Shown: positions 27,264 to 37,317 of the stretch, one piece after another | Layout of the letters: each line of letters opens with the position of its first letter | How positions within the stretch are numbered: the stretch's first letter is position 1 | Source of the DNA: an uncultured Candidatus Saccharibacteria bacterium | Lineage (GTDB): Bacteria; Patescibacteriota; Minisyncoccia; Phycocordibacterales; SBAW01 | Reading direction: 5' to 3' | Length of the DNA: 64,000 nucleotides | NCBI GenBank assembly: GCA_964566795.1 | Contig: CAZMIU010000001.1 | Span: 479,090 to 543,089, forward strand | Position numbers and translations under genes: made by a program | Notes under the pieces: model-generated | The model's input: only the letters and a program-made list of their open reading frames with translations | Databases searched by the model: none | Told to the model about the DNA's origin: nothing

Positions 27264-28151
27264 ATGGCAATGAGCCCGCGCCATTACCTGCCGTCAACAC
27301 AGTTTTTGGTCATTGTGGCGTCTCTTGTAATCTCGGGTTCGGCAGTTGCGGGGGCGCAGTACTTTGTCTCATCCAAAGACACATCGGGCACGCTTACAGC
27401 ACGCGACACACAGACAGCAGATAGTGGGTGGGAGCAGTCCTTAACCGACATACAGGCACAAAGTGGGATTAACCTACCCGACGCCCCAGACCCAAACGCA
27501 GTCCAAAACCTGCTGGCGCAGGCCCAGAGTAACAATCTCACCGACAGCATAGGGAGGGGCATTTTGGTGCGCATCACGACGGCGGGGGTACAGGGGTTAG
27601 GAGACGATATACCCACTCAAGACGGCATTATCTCGGCAGCAAGCCAGCAGATTAACGCTTCATCCAAGCAGGCAGCCAGCACCCCCGTGGTACAGGTAGA
27701 GGCAACCTCTGACACTATGCGCGCTTTTGGAAACGCGGTCATGGCTGTCATGACCAGGCACCCCAAAGCCAGCTTTAATGAGACTGTTGGAATACTCGCC
27801 AAGGCAACAGACACCCGCGACCCAAAGCCCCTGGCCGACTTAGCCGCGATAGGGCAGGAGTATAAGGTTTTGGCAGACGAGCTGTCCTTGATACCCACCC
27901 CAAAAACCATCGCTCCGCTATATCAGCGCGCGGTCTCTAACATGAATACGATAAGCACCCTATACGGGGAGCTGGGCACGGTGGTAAGTGACCCAGTGCG
28001 CGGGCTTGCCGCACTGCAGCAATACCAGCAACTTGTGTCAGAAACGAGCGGCGTGTTCACAAATATGGCTCAGATGCTCAAGAATGGCGGTATACTTTTT
28101 AGTAAGGACGAGCCGGGAAGCGCGTGGGAGCTTTTCCTGTCCGCATCCTAA
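27264..28151 (+). CDS. hypothetical membrane-anchored protein
   Basis: N-terminal TM anchor. The first ~94 codons of the ORF track overlap the divergent gene and are rejected. Confidence 0.55.
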   Translation: MAMSPRHYLPSTQFLVIVASLVISGSAVAGAQYFVSSKDTSGTLTARDTQTADSGWEQSLTDIQAQSGINLPDAPDPNAVQNLLAQAQSNNLTDSIGRGILVRITTAGVQGLGDDIPTQDGIISAASQQINASSKQAASTPVVQVEATSDTMRAFGNAVMAVMTRHPKASFNETVGILAKATDTRDPKPLADLAAIGQEYKVLADELSLIPTPKTIAPLYQRAVSNMNTISTLYGELGTVVSDPVRGLAALQQYQQLVSETSGVFTNMAQMLKNGGILFSKDEPGSAWELFLSAS

Positions 28152-28169
28152 ACGCCCGTACTTATTGTC

Positions 28170-30287
28170 ATGCCCAGGAAGATACTTTTTATAATCATCG
28201 GCGCACTGCTCTTCCTGGCCCTGTTAGCGCTCCTGTGGCTTTGGTTTATAAACCGCACACCCGACACCGAACCGGGTTCTCCAAGCGGTTTTGGCACTTC
28301 AAGTGACCGCGGCACCGGCACAAACACCGCCGGCACAGGAGGCAACACAGAGGGCTCGCTAAACCAAGAGGCAGCGGCCGACTACAACGTTACGCAGACC
28401 CCAGACGGCTACCTTATTAGTACGGCAGGAGGGTTGGGCGCCATAGCGCCGGGTACCTACCAGGTTAAAAAGGGGGGCGCCATAGTAGGAACCTATAAGC
28501 TCGACTCAAACGGTGTAGGCAAGTACAACCTGACCGGCGGCAACCTGCCGTCTGGGACATATACCTTTACGCCTTTTGTGTTGGGTAACACGGGCATAGG
28601 CGGGTCTATAAACACAGGTGGTGGCATCGATACTGGAGGAGGCATACCGCCTGGCGGCGCGATTGATACCGGCGGAGGTATTACTACCCCGGACACAAAT
28701 GGGGACAACACCACACCCCCGGAGGGAGCACTCTCAGGTGCATGGGTAGGCAGCAGCATATCCCAGCGTATATTTAGCCCAAGCGATATAGCAGAGATAA
28801 CCAACCCGGGTACTGTGGGCGGCACTCCGCTTATATCGACCACCCCGCAACCGGCAAGCGTAAACTCTTCGGGGCTCATTATCGGCGCTACTGCCGCAGC
28901 ATGTTTGGCACAATGGGTGGCAAACCAGGTTGCGGGCTCGGTTGCGTTTCTTGACCCGGTTATCGCAACAAGCCTCTTTACCGATGTGCCGTCTCTCGAC
29001 AAATCTGCGGCAAAACAGCGCACCTCACAGAGCGTCATCACCTGCATTGTCAAAACAATCGCGCAGGCTGCGATCGACCAGATCACCCGCAGTATTGTCG
29101 GATGGATTAACTCCGGCTTTAACGGACAGCCTTCGTTTGTCACCAACTTTAACCAATACTTTGCCAACGTGGCCGACCAGGCGGCGGGGGAGTTTATCAA
29201 GGGCTCGGCGCTCTCGTTTTTGTGTTCGCCATTTTCGGCACAGATAAAAATCGCGATCGCGCAGAGTTATGCCAACCGCAACTCCGCGGCCTCCTGTTCG
29301 CTCACCAAGGTAACAAACAACGTTAACGGGTTTTTGCGCGGAGCATGGAGCAACGGCGGGTGGGGCAGCATGCTGCAGATGACCACGATGCCGGTTAATA
29401 ACCGCTACGGCGCCTACGCCTACGGCGAGATAAGCCTTAAGGGCTACACCGCCAATGCGCAAAATGTGGCAAATCGCAACATAAGTCCGGGAGGGTTCAT
29501 TGCTGTGCAAAAATGCAAAGATAGTCCACTTAACATTGCTATGGGTCCAGGACAGGGCACTGCCCCAAAAAACTGTGAGACCACGACTCCGGGCCAAGTT
29601 GTGCAAGACTCGCTCAAAACCAGCTTTGACTCATCTATCAACCAGTTGCAGGTGGCACAAAACATCAATGAGATTATCAGTGCGCTTGTAAACCAGCTCA
29701 TACTCAAATCGCTCTATGGCGGTTTGGCCAATGCAAACACCGGTGTGACGAACCCGCTTGCGCCGGCAGTAGACCAGGCTGCAAGCGCACAGGCCCAGGC
29801 TCTGCTCACGAGCCTGCAGGCAAGCGCCACGGCGGCGGTACAGTTTGCCACCGTCAAGCAGGGGAGCGCGAGTGATATACAACAGGTGCAAAACAGCTTT
29901 AATACTGCATTTAACTGCTGGGAGACCGCCGCGACATCTACCGCACTCTCGGCCGACCTCAGGGCAACAGCCTCACAAAATGCCGCGGCGGCAGACGCAC
30001 AGATTGATCAGCTCCAGACACGGGTTGAGCTGTATAACGGCGATATTACTCGCGCCAACACCTCGCTCTCTGTCATACAAAACCTGCAGTCGCAGGTGAT
30101 GTTTGCCGCAACACCGGAGGATGTGCAAGCTGCAACCATTGCTGTACAAGCCGCAACACCATCTCTTATCGGAGCAGCTGATGTAACAACCGCTCAGCAG
30201 GATCGCACTGCACTCCAAACACAGCTGACCGCAACCAACAGCCAAGCCCAGGCGAGCCTTAGCCAATGCAGAGCGTTTGGAGCATAA
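28170..30287 (+). CDS. large secreted/membrane-anchored protein with Gly-rich GGGIDTGGG repeats (705 aa), T4SS-like locus component
   Basis: N-terminal TM, degenerate Gly-rich repeats, long Ala/Gln-rich helical C-terminus. Confidence 0.7.
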   Translation: MPRKILFIIIGALLFLALLALLWLWFINRTPDTEPGSPSGFGTSSDRGTGTNTAGTGGNTEGSLNQEAAADYNVTQTPDGYLISTAGGLGAIAPGTYQVKKGGAIVGTYKLDSNGVGKYNLTGGNLPSGTYTFTPFVLGNTGIGGSINTGGGIDTGGGIPPGGAIDTGGGITTPDTNGDNTTPPEGALSGAWVGSSISQRIFSPSDIAEITNPGTVGGTPLISTTPQPASVNSSGLIIGATAAACLAQWVANQVAGSVAFLDPVIATSLFTDVPSLDKSAAKQRTSQSVITCIVKTIAQAAIDQITRSIVGWINSGFNGQPSFVTNFNQYFANVADQAAGEFIKGSALSFLCSPFSAQIKIAIAQSYANRNSAASCSLTKVTNNVNGFLRGAWSNGGWGSMLQMTTMPVNNRYGAYAYGEISLKGYTANAQNVANRNISPGGFIAVQKCKDSPLNIAMGPGQGTAPKNCETTTPGQVVQDSLKTSFDSSINQLQVAQNINEIISALVNQLILKSLYGGLANANTGVTNPLAPAVDQAASAQAQALLTSLQASATAAVQFATVKQGSASDIQQVQNSFNTAFNCWETAATSTALSADLRATASQNAAAADAQIDQLQTRVELYNGDITRANTSLSVIQNLQSQVMFAATPEDVQAATIAVQAATPSLIGAADVTTAQQDRTALQTQLTATNSQAQASLSQCRAFGA

Positions 30288-33019
30288 CCACCTTGAACCC
30301 GACCACTTTAAAACTCAAAAAAATATTTAGGGGCGCCGCACGCGGGGTCTCTGCTGTGTTGTTGTTTACGGTGGTTTGCTCAATATTTCTGCAAGCACCG
30401 TCTGTTCCAGTTGCTTACGCACAAGGAGTACCACCCCCCGCTGCGACTATATCTGATGCATCTGTCAGATCACTCAACGATCTGTATAGGATCCATGGTG
30501 TCAGTGCTACGTGTGTTGCAACCCCCTCCACCTGCTCTGCGGCAGACACAAACATACTCACGACCAAGTTTGGCTTTGGTCCTGCGTGCATGTATGGAGC
30601 TACAAACCCAGAGGCGTGTACAGCCCAAGAGGCCCAGGCAAAATCAAGCGTACTAGGAGCGGTGGCTCGTGTGGCAAATCTCGCCACCAGTCTGGGTAGC
30701 AATGCAACAAACCAACTGGCCAACACTCCACAGGGCCAGGCCGCACTTACCGCTGCAACACAGGCAACAGCTAAAGCTGGGGCAGGGTCACCCCCACAAG
30801 GGTTGGGCTGCGGCATAAGCACCAACTTTGACGCGGGGGTATGTATCTCAAACATTGTCTACGTGTTTACGGTGGGGCTGGGCTCGGGGCTCGCCTATGT
30901 GGGCGGGTTTATGTTTGACATCACGGTGGCGCTCTCTCTAAACAGTGCTGCGTATGCGCTCGACTTCCTCTCGGCCGGCTGGACCACGGCGCGCGATCTC
31001 GCCAACATGGCCTTCATCCTCATTTTGGTCTACATCGCGTTTACCATTATGTTTAGGGCGGAGACAGCGCGCACCATGCAGATGTTGGCGTTGGTTATCT
31101 TTATTGCGCTGATCATCAACTTCAGCTTCTTCTTTACGCGTCTGGTGATAGACGTGGGCAACATACTGGCGGTACAGTTTTATAACTCGATAAGCGCGCC
31201 CAGCATGGCGGGTACCTTTGCCACCACCAACAGCAACACGGGTACACTTGCCGGTATAGCCACGGGCGCGGCAAACAGCCTTGGTTCGCAGGACGTGTTT
31301 AAAAACACCAAGGACCTGACCGCCAGCATCATGCAGGCGCTCAATATCCAGGAGTTGTTTAATGACAACAACTTTAAGAAGTTTGCCCAGGACTCAAGCT
31401 TTGGATCAAAGTTCATCATCCTCTCGTTCCTCTATATCGCCATTGGCGCCTGCTACTTTATCTTGGCGGCCATGTTTTTTGCCGTGGGCGTCAAGTTTTT
31501 GGTGCGCATCGTGGTGCTTTGGTTCTTGATCATCGCCTCGCCACTGGCGTTTGTGGCCAAGGCTATACCGGGACGCCCCAATGTCTCGGGGCTGTATGAC
31601 CAGTGGCAACACGAGCTTGTTTCGCACGCTTTTTACCCGGCATTCTTCCTGTTTATCTTCTTCTTTATATCGACGATTATGTCGAGCCTCGGCAGCGGCA
31701 CCGGCATCCTGGGCGGTCTTGCCTCGGACCTCAGCAAACTTGCGGCCAACGACCAGTTGGGAGGGTTTATCTTTATCGCCAGCTCGGTTGCCAACGTGGG
31801 CATCCGCCTGGGCTTTGTGGTCGCTATGCTCTACATAGCTCTCAAAGCATCGGAGCAGATGGGTGTTCGCGGCGCTCAGTTTGCAAACAAGGTCACTACG
31901 TACGCCTTTGGACAGACAGGCAAACTCGCATCTGCCCCAATCGGCTTTTTGGGTAGGAATACTGTGGGTAGGTATGTTGGAGCCCCATTGGCTAATACGG
32001 CCAAGAAGTTTGAAAACAGGGCCCTCCTGAGCAACAGTAGGATTGCCCGTGCCGGATGGAAAGGACTTGCCACGTCTACTGGCGTAACCGGCAATAAGTT
32101 GGGTAAGGCAACATATGACCCACGCAACGCCCCCGGCGCAAGCGTACTTAAAAAAGCGGTAGAGAAGGTCACTGGCCCAACAGTCAATGTTGGCAAACCT
32201 GCCGAGGGAGGCTTTATGGCACAAGCCAAAGCACGCGCTGACAGGATCAAACAGGAACAAGCGGCACGTTCAGCTCTACTGCGTGATGGAGAGACTAAGG
32301 AGCTTGTTAAACAATTGGCAGACAAGTCTCAGCGCCACGATGCCCTAGAAGCAAAAGAAAAAATAGCGCCTCTTAACCCTGCTGAAGTACAGGAGAAGCA
32401 AACTCTTAAGACAGACATCAGCAGGATGGCGAATACTCTAAATAGTCTTGGAAAACGTGAGATCGAGAGTGTAAAGGCCGATGATATACAAAAAGTTCTC
32501 AAGCACGCAAAAGAGGGGGTAGTAAAGAAAGTGGAGGACAGCGACAAATTTAACGAAAAAGAGAAAGCAGAGGTCCGTGAAAAGCATACGGAACAGATGT
32601 CTATCAAGGAGCAGGTAACAAACCAGAAAAAACTTGAAGACCTTGGCAAGAAGAGCCTCGATAATTCTCAGGAAATTATAAAAGAGTTGAGGCATGTACA
32701 AGAAATATTGCAGAAGAATGGCGGTATGTCTGCAAGCTCATTCAAAAATCTGTCGAGGGCAACAACAGCAGGTAATACTGTGTCCCCAACAGTATTAGAT
32801 GATGCACATAAAGAACTGCGAAATCAGTTTATCGTTGTTAATACACGCCTTAAGGATGCAATAAAGAACAAAGATGACGCCAAGAAGTTTGAAGCAGAAA
32901 TCAGCAGGGATAATATTCTTAAAGCTCAGGATCATATAAAGAAACTTAAAGAACACGTAAAGGATATACCTGCCAATATGGGCGGAGCTCCAAATACTCA
33001 AGAATTCTTAGTGGCATAA
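30266..33019 (+). CDS. VirB6/TrbL-like polytopic membrane protein with long K/E-rich coiled-coil tail (917 aa)
   Basis: Signal peptide, Cys-containing extracytoplasmic domain, 6-7 TM helices, lysine-rich C-terminal coiled coil. Topology typical of VirB6/PrgH-class proteins. Assignment is by architecture only. Confidence 0.7.
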   Translation: MQSVWSITTLNPTTLKLKKIFRGAARGVSAVLLFTVVCSIFLQAPSVPVAYAQGVPPPAATISDASVRSLNDLYRIHGVSATCVATPSTCSAADTNILTTKFGFGPACMYGATNPEACTAQEAQAKSSVLGAVARVANLATSLGSNATNQLANTPQGQAALTAATQATAKAGAGSPPQGLGCGISTNFDAGVCISNIVYVFTVGLGSGLAYVGGFMFDITVALSLNSAAYALDFLSAGWTTARDLANMAFILILVYIAFTIMFRAETARTMQMLALVIFIALIINFSFFFTRLVIDVGNILAVQFYNSISAPSMAGTFATTNSNTGTLAGIATGAANSLGSQDVFKNTKDLTASIMQALNIQELFNDNNFKKFAQDSSFGSKFIILSFLYIAIGACYFILAAMFFAVGVKFLVRIVVLWFLIIASPLAFVAKAIPGRPNVSGLYDQWQHELVSHAFYPAFFLFIFFFISTIMSSLGSGTGILGGLASDLSKLAANDQLGGFIFIASSVANVGIRLGFVVAMLYIALKASEQMGVRGAQFANKVTTYAFGQTGKLASAPIGFLGRNTVGRYVGAPLANTAKKFENRALLSNSRIARAGWKGLATSTGVTGNKLGKATYDPRNAPGASVLKKAVEKVTGPTVNVGKPAEGGFMAQAKARADRIKQEQAARSALLRDGETKELVKQLADKSQRHDALEAKEKIAPLNPAEVQEKQTLKTDISRMANTLNSLGKREIESVKADDIQKVLKHAKEGVVKKVEDSDKFNEKEKAEVREKHTEQMSIKEQVTNQKKLEDLGKKSLDNSQEIIKELRHVQEILQKNGGMSASSFKNLSRATTAGNTVSPTVLDDAHKELRNQFIVVNTRLKDAIKNKDDAKKFEAEISRDNILKAQDHIKKLKEHVKDIPANMGGAPNTQEFLVA

Positions 33020-33028
33020 TGTAAACAT

Positions 33029-33670
33029 ATGGCGCGAAAAACATATTCTGATGAAGAGATACAAAAGCGCATTGATCAGTTGTCTGAGGAAGCAGCTGAC
33101 TTTCTCTACAGCCCCGATATGGGGGTTTTGGTAAAGCATATTTCAGACGCCCACAAGCTGCATATAGACCAAATGTCGCTCCTGGAGGCTGAAGTGGGGG
33201 AGCTTATGCTCGGTCTCACTGAGCCCATGGAATTTGTTCCGAATCTTATGGACACACTCCATATAGACAAAGAAACCGCTGACGCTGTTGCAAAAGACGT
33301 AAATGATCAACTCATGCAAAAAATGAGAGGCCTTATGGGGGCACCGAGCGCTCAAACAGAATCATCTATCGTGATGCCTTCATCTAAGCCTATTGAGACT
33401 CCGCCTGCTCCTGTTGCTATACGTACTCCAGCTCCGGCAGCACCTATTGTGCCTCCTGTGGCACAAACTCCGGCTGTGGCGCCTAAACCTGCTCTAGACT
33501 TGCATGCCGCAGACGCCATGCTCTCCCAAAAACAGGTGAGTACCTCCGCAAGCGCCACCGTGCCTCCACCAGCAGCGCCCGCAGCCGCACCGGCGCCCGC
33601 AAAACCCGCACCAAGCCCAGCACAACCGCAAAACTATAAAGCAGACCCGTATCGAGAACCTGTTGAATAA
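33029..33670 (+). CDS. hypothetical protein with Pro/Ala-rich C-terminal half
   Basis: ORF in cluster orientation; low-complexity PAPAAP repeats. Confidence 0.55.
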   Translation: MARKTYSDEEIQKRIDQLSEEAADFLYSPDMGVLVKHISDAHKLHIDQMSLLEAEVGELMLGLTEPMEFVPNLMDTLHIDKETADAVAKDVNDQLMQKMRGLMGAPSAQTESSIVMPSSKPIETPPAPVAIRTPAPAAPIVPPVAQTPAVAPKPALDLHAADAMLSQKQVSTSASATVPPPAAPAAAPAPAKPAPSPAQPQNYKADPYREPVE

Positions 33671-33703
33671 GCGAGGAGCGAATAGGCTGTATAATTACAG
33701 CAC

Positions 33704-34156
33704 ATGGCTCAGTACCAAGTACCCCAATTTATCGAGGTTGAGGACAAGATCTTCGGACCTCTGACCATCAAGCAGTTTGTCTACCTCGCCGGGGCAGGGG
33801 GGCTCGCGCTTATCTGCTTTACCTTGCTACCACTCTTCCTTGCATTGCCGCTTGGCGGCTTGGCTGTCGCTATCGGAGCGGCGTTTGCGTTTTATCAGGT
33901 CAACGGCAGGCCGCTTATTGTCGCGGCAGAGCACGGGTTTAGCTACCTCTTGGGCCACAAGCTCTACCTCTGGAAGCAGCGCCAGGCCCCAAACACCCCG
34001 GTTGTCGTAACAAAAGAGGCGACAGCCACTCCGGGCGTTATATCGGTCCCCAGGCTTAGCCAAAGCAGGCTCAAAGACCTGTCGTGGTCACTTAATATCA
34101 AAGACCAGGAACCGCCTCAAGAAGAGGCCAACACGCCGCGCGGCCTGCAACTATAA
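33704..34156 (+). CDS. PrgI/VirB3-like small membrane protein of type IV secretion systems
   Basis: N-terminal IEVEDKIFGPLTIKQFVYL followed by two TM helices. Resembles the PrgI family encoded just upstream of VirB4 in Gram-positive T4SS. Confidence 0.65.
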   Translation: MAQYQVPQFIEVEDKIFGPLTIKQFVYLAGAGGLALICFTLLPLFLALPLGGLAVAIGAAFAFYQVNGRPLIVAAEHGFSYLLGHKLYLWKQRQAPNTPVVVTKEATATPGVISVPRLSQSRLKDLSWSLNIKDQEPPQEEANTPRGLQL

Positions 34157-34158
34157 CC

Positions 34159-34815
34159 ATGGCATCTACCACCGCATCACAAGCCAAAGCAACACAGGAG
34201 TTCGTACCTATACGGGAGGTACGCAACGGCATCGTGATACTCAAAGACGGGTCACTGCGCGCACTCCTTATGGCCTCGTCCATTAACCTGGCACTGAAGT
34301 CTCAGGATGAGCAGCAGGCTATCATTGGGCAGTTTCAAAATTTTCTGAACTCGCTGGAGTTTACGGCGCAGTTTTTTGTCCAGAGCCGCGACCTCGACAT
34401 CCGCCCCTACATCGCACTCCTTGAGGACCGCTACCAAAAGGAGCTTGACGACCTTATGCGTATCCAGATACGCGAGTATATAGCGTTTATCAAGGACTTT
34501 ACCGAACGCGCAAACATCATGAGTAAGAACTTCTTTATCGTGGTGCCTTACGACCCGTCACTCGCGGCCCGCGGCGGGGGACTGAGCTCTATACTCCCGG
34601 GCTCCGGAGCAACCGGCGCCACCATGACAGACGAGCAGTTCGAGCAGTACCGCACACAGCTTGAGCAGCGCGTCTCAGTCATCGAGCAGGGGTTGGTGCG
34701 CACAGGCGTGCGCATTGTGCAGTTGGGCACCGAGGAGGTCATTGAGCTCTTCTACAAGCTCTTTAATCCGGGCGAGCTTGAAAAGCCTCTCCAGGTACAG
34801 CAGCTTAAGCAGTAG
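34159..34815 (+). CDS. VirB4/TrsE-like T4SS ATPase, N-terminal fragment (ends at in-frame TAG)
   Basis: CagE/TrbE/VirB4 N-domain similarity (GIVILKDGSLRALLMASSINLALKSQDEQQ). Same reading frame as 34825..36639, separated only by TAG at 34813..34815. Confidence 0.7.
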   Translation: MASTTASQAKATQEFVPIREVRNGIVILKDGSLRALLMASSINLALKSQDEQQAIIGQFQNFLNSLEFTAQFFVQSRDLDIRPYIALLEDRYQKELDDLMRIQIREYIAFIKDFTERANIMSKNFFIVVPYDPSLAARGGGLSSILPGSGATGATMTDEQFEQYRTQLEQRVSVIEQGLVRTGVRIVQLGTEEVIELFYKLFNPGELEKPLQVQQLKQ

Positions 34816-34824
34816 TATACGCAT

Positions 34825-36639
34825 ATGGCACTCCTCGACTTCCTTACATCCAAAAAGTCTCCCGCAAGCGCACCGGTGGCGCCGATTTTGCCCCAAGAGA
34901 TTTACAAGCAGGGCGTGCTTGAGCTCCAGGATGTTATCGCGCCGTCGGCGCTCAAGATAACGCCGCGCGAGATTAACCTGGGCGACAAGATAGCGCGCAC
35001 ATTCTTTGTCATGTCGTATCCGCGTATCCTCACAGACTCGTGGTTTTCGCCCATCATAAACCTCGACCGTGTGCTCGACATATCGGTATTTATCCACCCG
35101 ATAGACTCGGCAGACATACTCAAAAAGTTCCAAAAGAAGGTAGCCGAGGTCCAGAGCCAGATTATGGCAAGAGAGGAGAAGGGGCTCGTGCGCGACCCGG
35201 TGCTCGATACCGCCTACCGCGATCTTGAGGACCTGCGCGACCAGCTGCAGCAGGCCCAGGAAAAGCTCTTTGATGTGGGCGTCTATATAACCATTTATGG
35301 CGCCTCGGTAGAGGAGCTTGATAAAGCCGAGAGCGAGATTAAGTCCATGCTCGAGTCGAGGCTTGTGTATGTAAAACCGGCGCTCTTCCAGCAGGAGCAG
35401 GGATTCCGCTCTGTGCTGCCGTTGGGCCACGATGAGCTCAGCGTGCTCTCCAAACTCAACTCCTCCCCGCTGTCCTCCATATTCCCGTTTGTGTCCTTTG
35501 ACCTTACCTCTGACAAAGGCATTCTCTACGGCGTGAACCGACACAATGCCTCTTTGGTGCTGTTTGACCGCTTTTCGCTTGAGAACTACAACTCGGTGGT
35601 GTTTGCCAAGTCGGGCTCCGGCAAAAGCTACGCCACCAAGCTCGAGATTTTGCGCACGCTCATGTTTGATACGGAGGTTATTGTGATAGATCCGGAGCGC
35701 GAGTACGAGTTTCTGAGTCAGGCTGTGGGTGGGCGCTACTTTAATATCTCCCTTAACTCCGAGCACCACATAAACCCGTTTGACCTGGCGCCGCCGCGCG
35801 AGGATGAGTCGTCGGCCGATGTGCTGCGCTCCAACATCGTGGCGCTTGTGGGGATGTTCCGCATTATGCTCGGGGGGCTGTCCCCGGAGGAGGATGCCAT
35901 TATAGACAAGGCTATTACCGAGACCTACGCGCTTAAGGATATAACCATAGACTCAAACTTTGCCGAGATTGAGCCGCCGCTCCTGTCGGACTTCGAGCTG
36001 GTGCTCTCGGGCATGCAGGGCTCGGAGTCATTGGTGCAGCGCTTAAGCAAGTACACCAAGGGTACCTGGGCCGGGTTTATCAACCAACCGACCAACGTCG
36101 ACCTTAACAAAAAGTTTGTCGTGTTCTCGGTGCGCGACATGGAGGACGACCTCAAGCCCGTGGCGATGTACCTCATTACGCACTATATATGGAATGCGGT
36201 GCGCAAAACCCTCAAAAAGCGCCTACTGGTCATAGACGAGGCCTGGTGGATGATGAAAAGCGAGGACACGGCCTCCTTCCTCTACGGCATGGCCAAGCGC
36301 GGCCGCAAGTACTACCTGGGGCTTGCGACCATTACCCAGGACGTGGATGACTTCCTCAAGTCGCCCTACGGATTGCCCATGATAACCAACTCCTCCATCC
36401 AGCTCTTGCTCAAGCAGTCGCCCACCACCATAGACACGCTGCAAAAGACCTTTAACCTCTCAGAAGAGGAAAAATACCTGCTACTGGAGTCGGATGTGGG
36501 GGAGGGGATATTCTTTGCGGGCCTCAAGCACGTGGCTATTAAGGTGATAGCCTCATACACCGAGGACCAGATTATCACCTCCGACCCGTCTCAGGTGTTG
36601 GCATTGCGCAAGCAGCGCGCAGAAGCGGCGGTACAATAG
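34825..36639 (+). CDS. VirB4/TrsE-like T4SS ATPase, C-terminal ATPase part
   Basis: Walker A GSGKS, Walker B LLVIDEAW, VirB4 C-terminal motifs. No SD in front of its ATG. Confidence 0.8.
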   Translation: MALLDFLTSKKSPASAPVAPILPQEIYKQGVLELQDVIAPSALKITPREINLGDKIARTFFVMSYPRILTDSWFSPIINLDRVLDISVFIHPIDSADILKKFQKKVAEVQSQIMAREEKGLVRDPVLDTAYRDLEDLRDQLQQAQEKLFDVGVYITIYGASVEELDKAESEIKSMLESRLVYVKPALFQQEQGFRSVLPLGHDELSVLSKLNSSPLSSIFPFVSFDLTSDKGILYGVNRHNASLVLFDRFSLENYNSVVFAKSGSGKSYATKLEILRTLMFDTEVIVIDPEREYEFLSQAVGGRYFNISLNSEHHINPFDLAPPREDESSADVLRSNIVALVGMFRIMLGGLSPEEDAIIDKAITETYALKDITIDSNFAEIEPPLLSDFELVLSGMQGSESLVQRLSKYTKGTWAGFINQPTNVDLNKKFVVFSVRDMEDDLKPVAMYLITHYIWNAVRKTLKKRLLVIDEAWWMMKSEDTASFLYGMAKRGRKYYLGLATITQDVDDFLKSPYGLPMITNSSIQLLLKQSPTTIDTLQKTFNLSEEEKYLLLESDVGEGIFFAGLKHVAIKVIASYTEDQIITSDPSQVLALRKQRAEAAVQ

Positions 36640-36645
36640 GAGTAC

Positions 36646-37317
36646 ATGAACGTGACGCTGCGGATATTCGCGGGTTTTATAGACCTCCTGCAATTTGTCT
36701 TTTTTGTGGTGTTTTTGGCGTTCCAGGTTATGACGCCATACGGAGGGGCGGCTATCGGTGGAGTTGCGGGCGCGTATGTTTGCTGGAGCATGTCGGATGG
36801 TATCGTAAACGGTATTGTAAACGGAGCGGCATGCGCGTTGGGTATAGGAGCAGTGGGAGGTATAGTGAGCGCGATTGCAACCCCCGTTGGCATGGCCATA
36901 GACGTGGCCATAAGCGCCACGTTTGGCACACTGCTTTTGTTGTGTATGTGGGTGACGGGGCGTTTTTACCTCATGCCTGTTGCTTTGGGGTTTTCGGGCG
37001 AGCTCCTGCCGGGCATTAACGCGTTTGTGCCGGGGTGGAGCCTGCTTGTGCACCGCTGTATACAGCAGCACAAGCTACAGGAGCAGGGCGTGGGCAGGGT
37101 TGGGCGCACCATAAGCCTGCTTGGCAGTATGGGGAGTGTAGTCCCTGGCGCCGCAGTTGCTACAAAGGCGCTTAAGCCCGCTCTTGCTGTGGCAGGCATG
37201 GCACAGAGGGCTATAGCACCCAGAGACTCGCTAACACGCACGCCGCTTAAAAACTTTGACGGCATCAAGGCCTCGAACGACAACGCCCTAAGAAACACCT
37301 ATGCTAAAGCTGCGTAA
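36646..37317 (+). CDS. polytopic membrane protein (Gly-rich TM helices), T4SS-like locus
   Basis: SD AGGAG 3 nt before ATG. 5-6 predicted TM helices. Confidence 0.65.
   Translation: MNVTLRIFAGFIDLLQFVFFVVFLAFQVMTPYGGAAIGGVAGAYVCWSMSDGIVNGIVNGAACALGIGAVGGIVSAIATPVGMAIDVAISATFGTLLLLCMWVTGRFYLMPVALGFSGELLPGINAFVPGWSLLVHRCIQQHKLQEQGVGRVGRTISLLGSMGSVVPGAAVATKALKPALAVAGMAQRAIAPRDSLTRTPLKNFDGIKASNDNALRNTYAKAA

Noticed and set aside
28600-28700. Gly-rich peptide repeats (GGGIDTGGGIPPGGAIDTGGGI) as a possible DNA tandem repeat or phase-variation site
   Set aside because: The nucleotide sequence of the repeats is degenerate (different codons), so there is no perfect tandem DNA repeat that would promote slippage.
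34675-35769. 364-aa ORF antisense to the VirB4 gene; also 31406..32260 antisense to the VirB6-like gene
   Set aside because: Opposite-strand shadows of genes with clear motifs.
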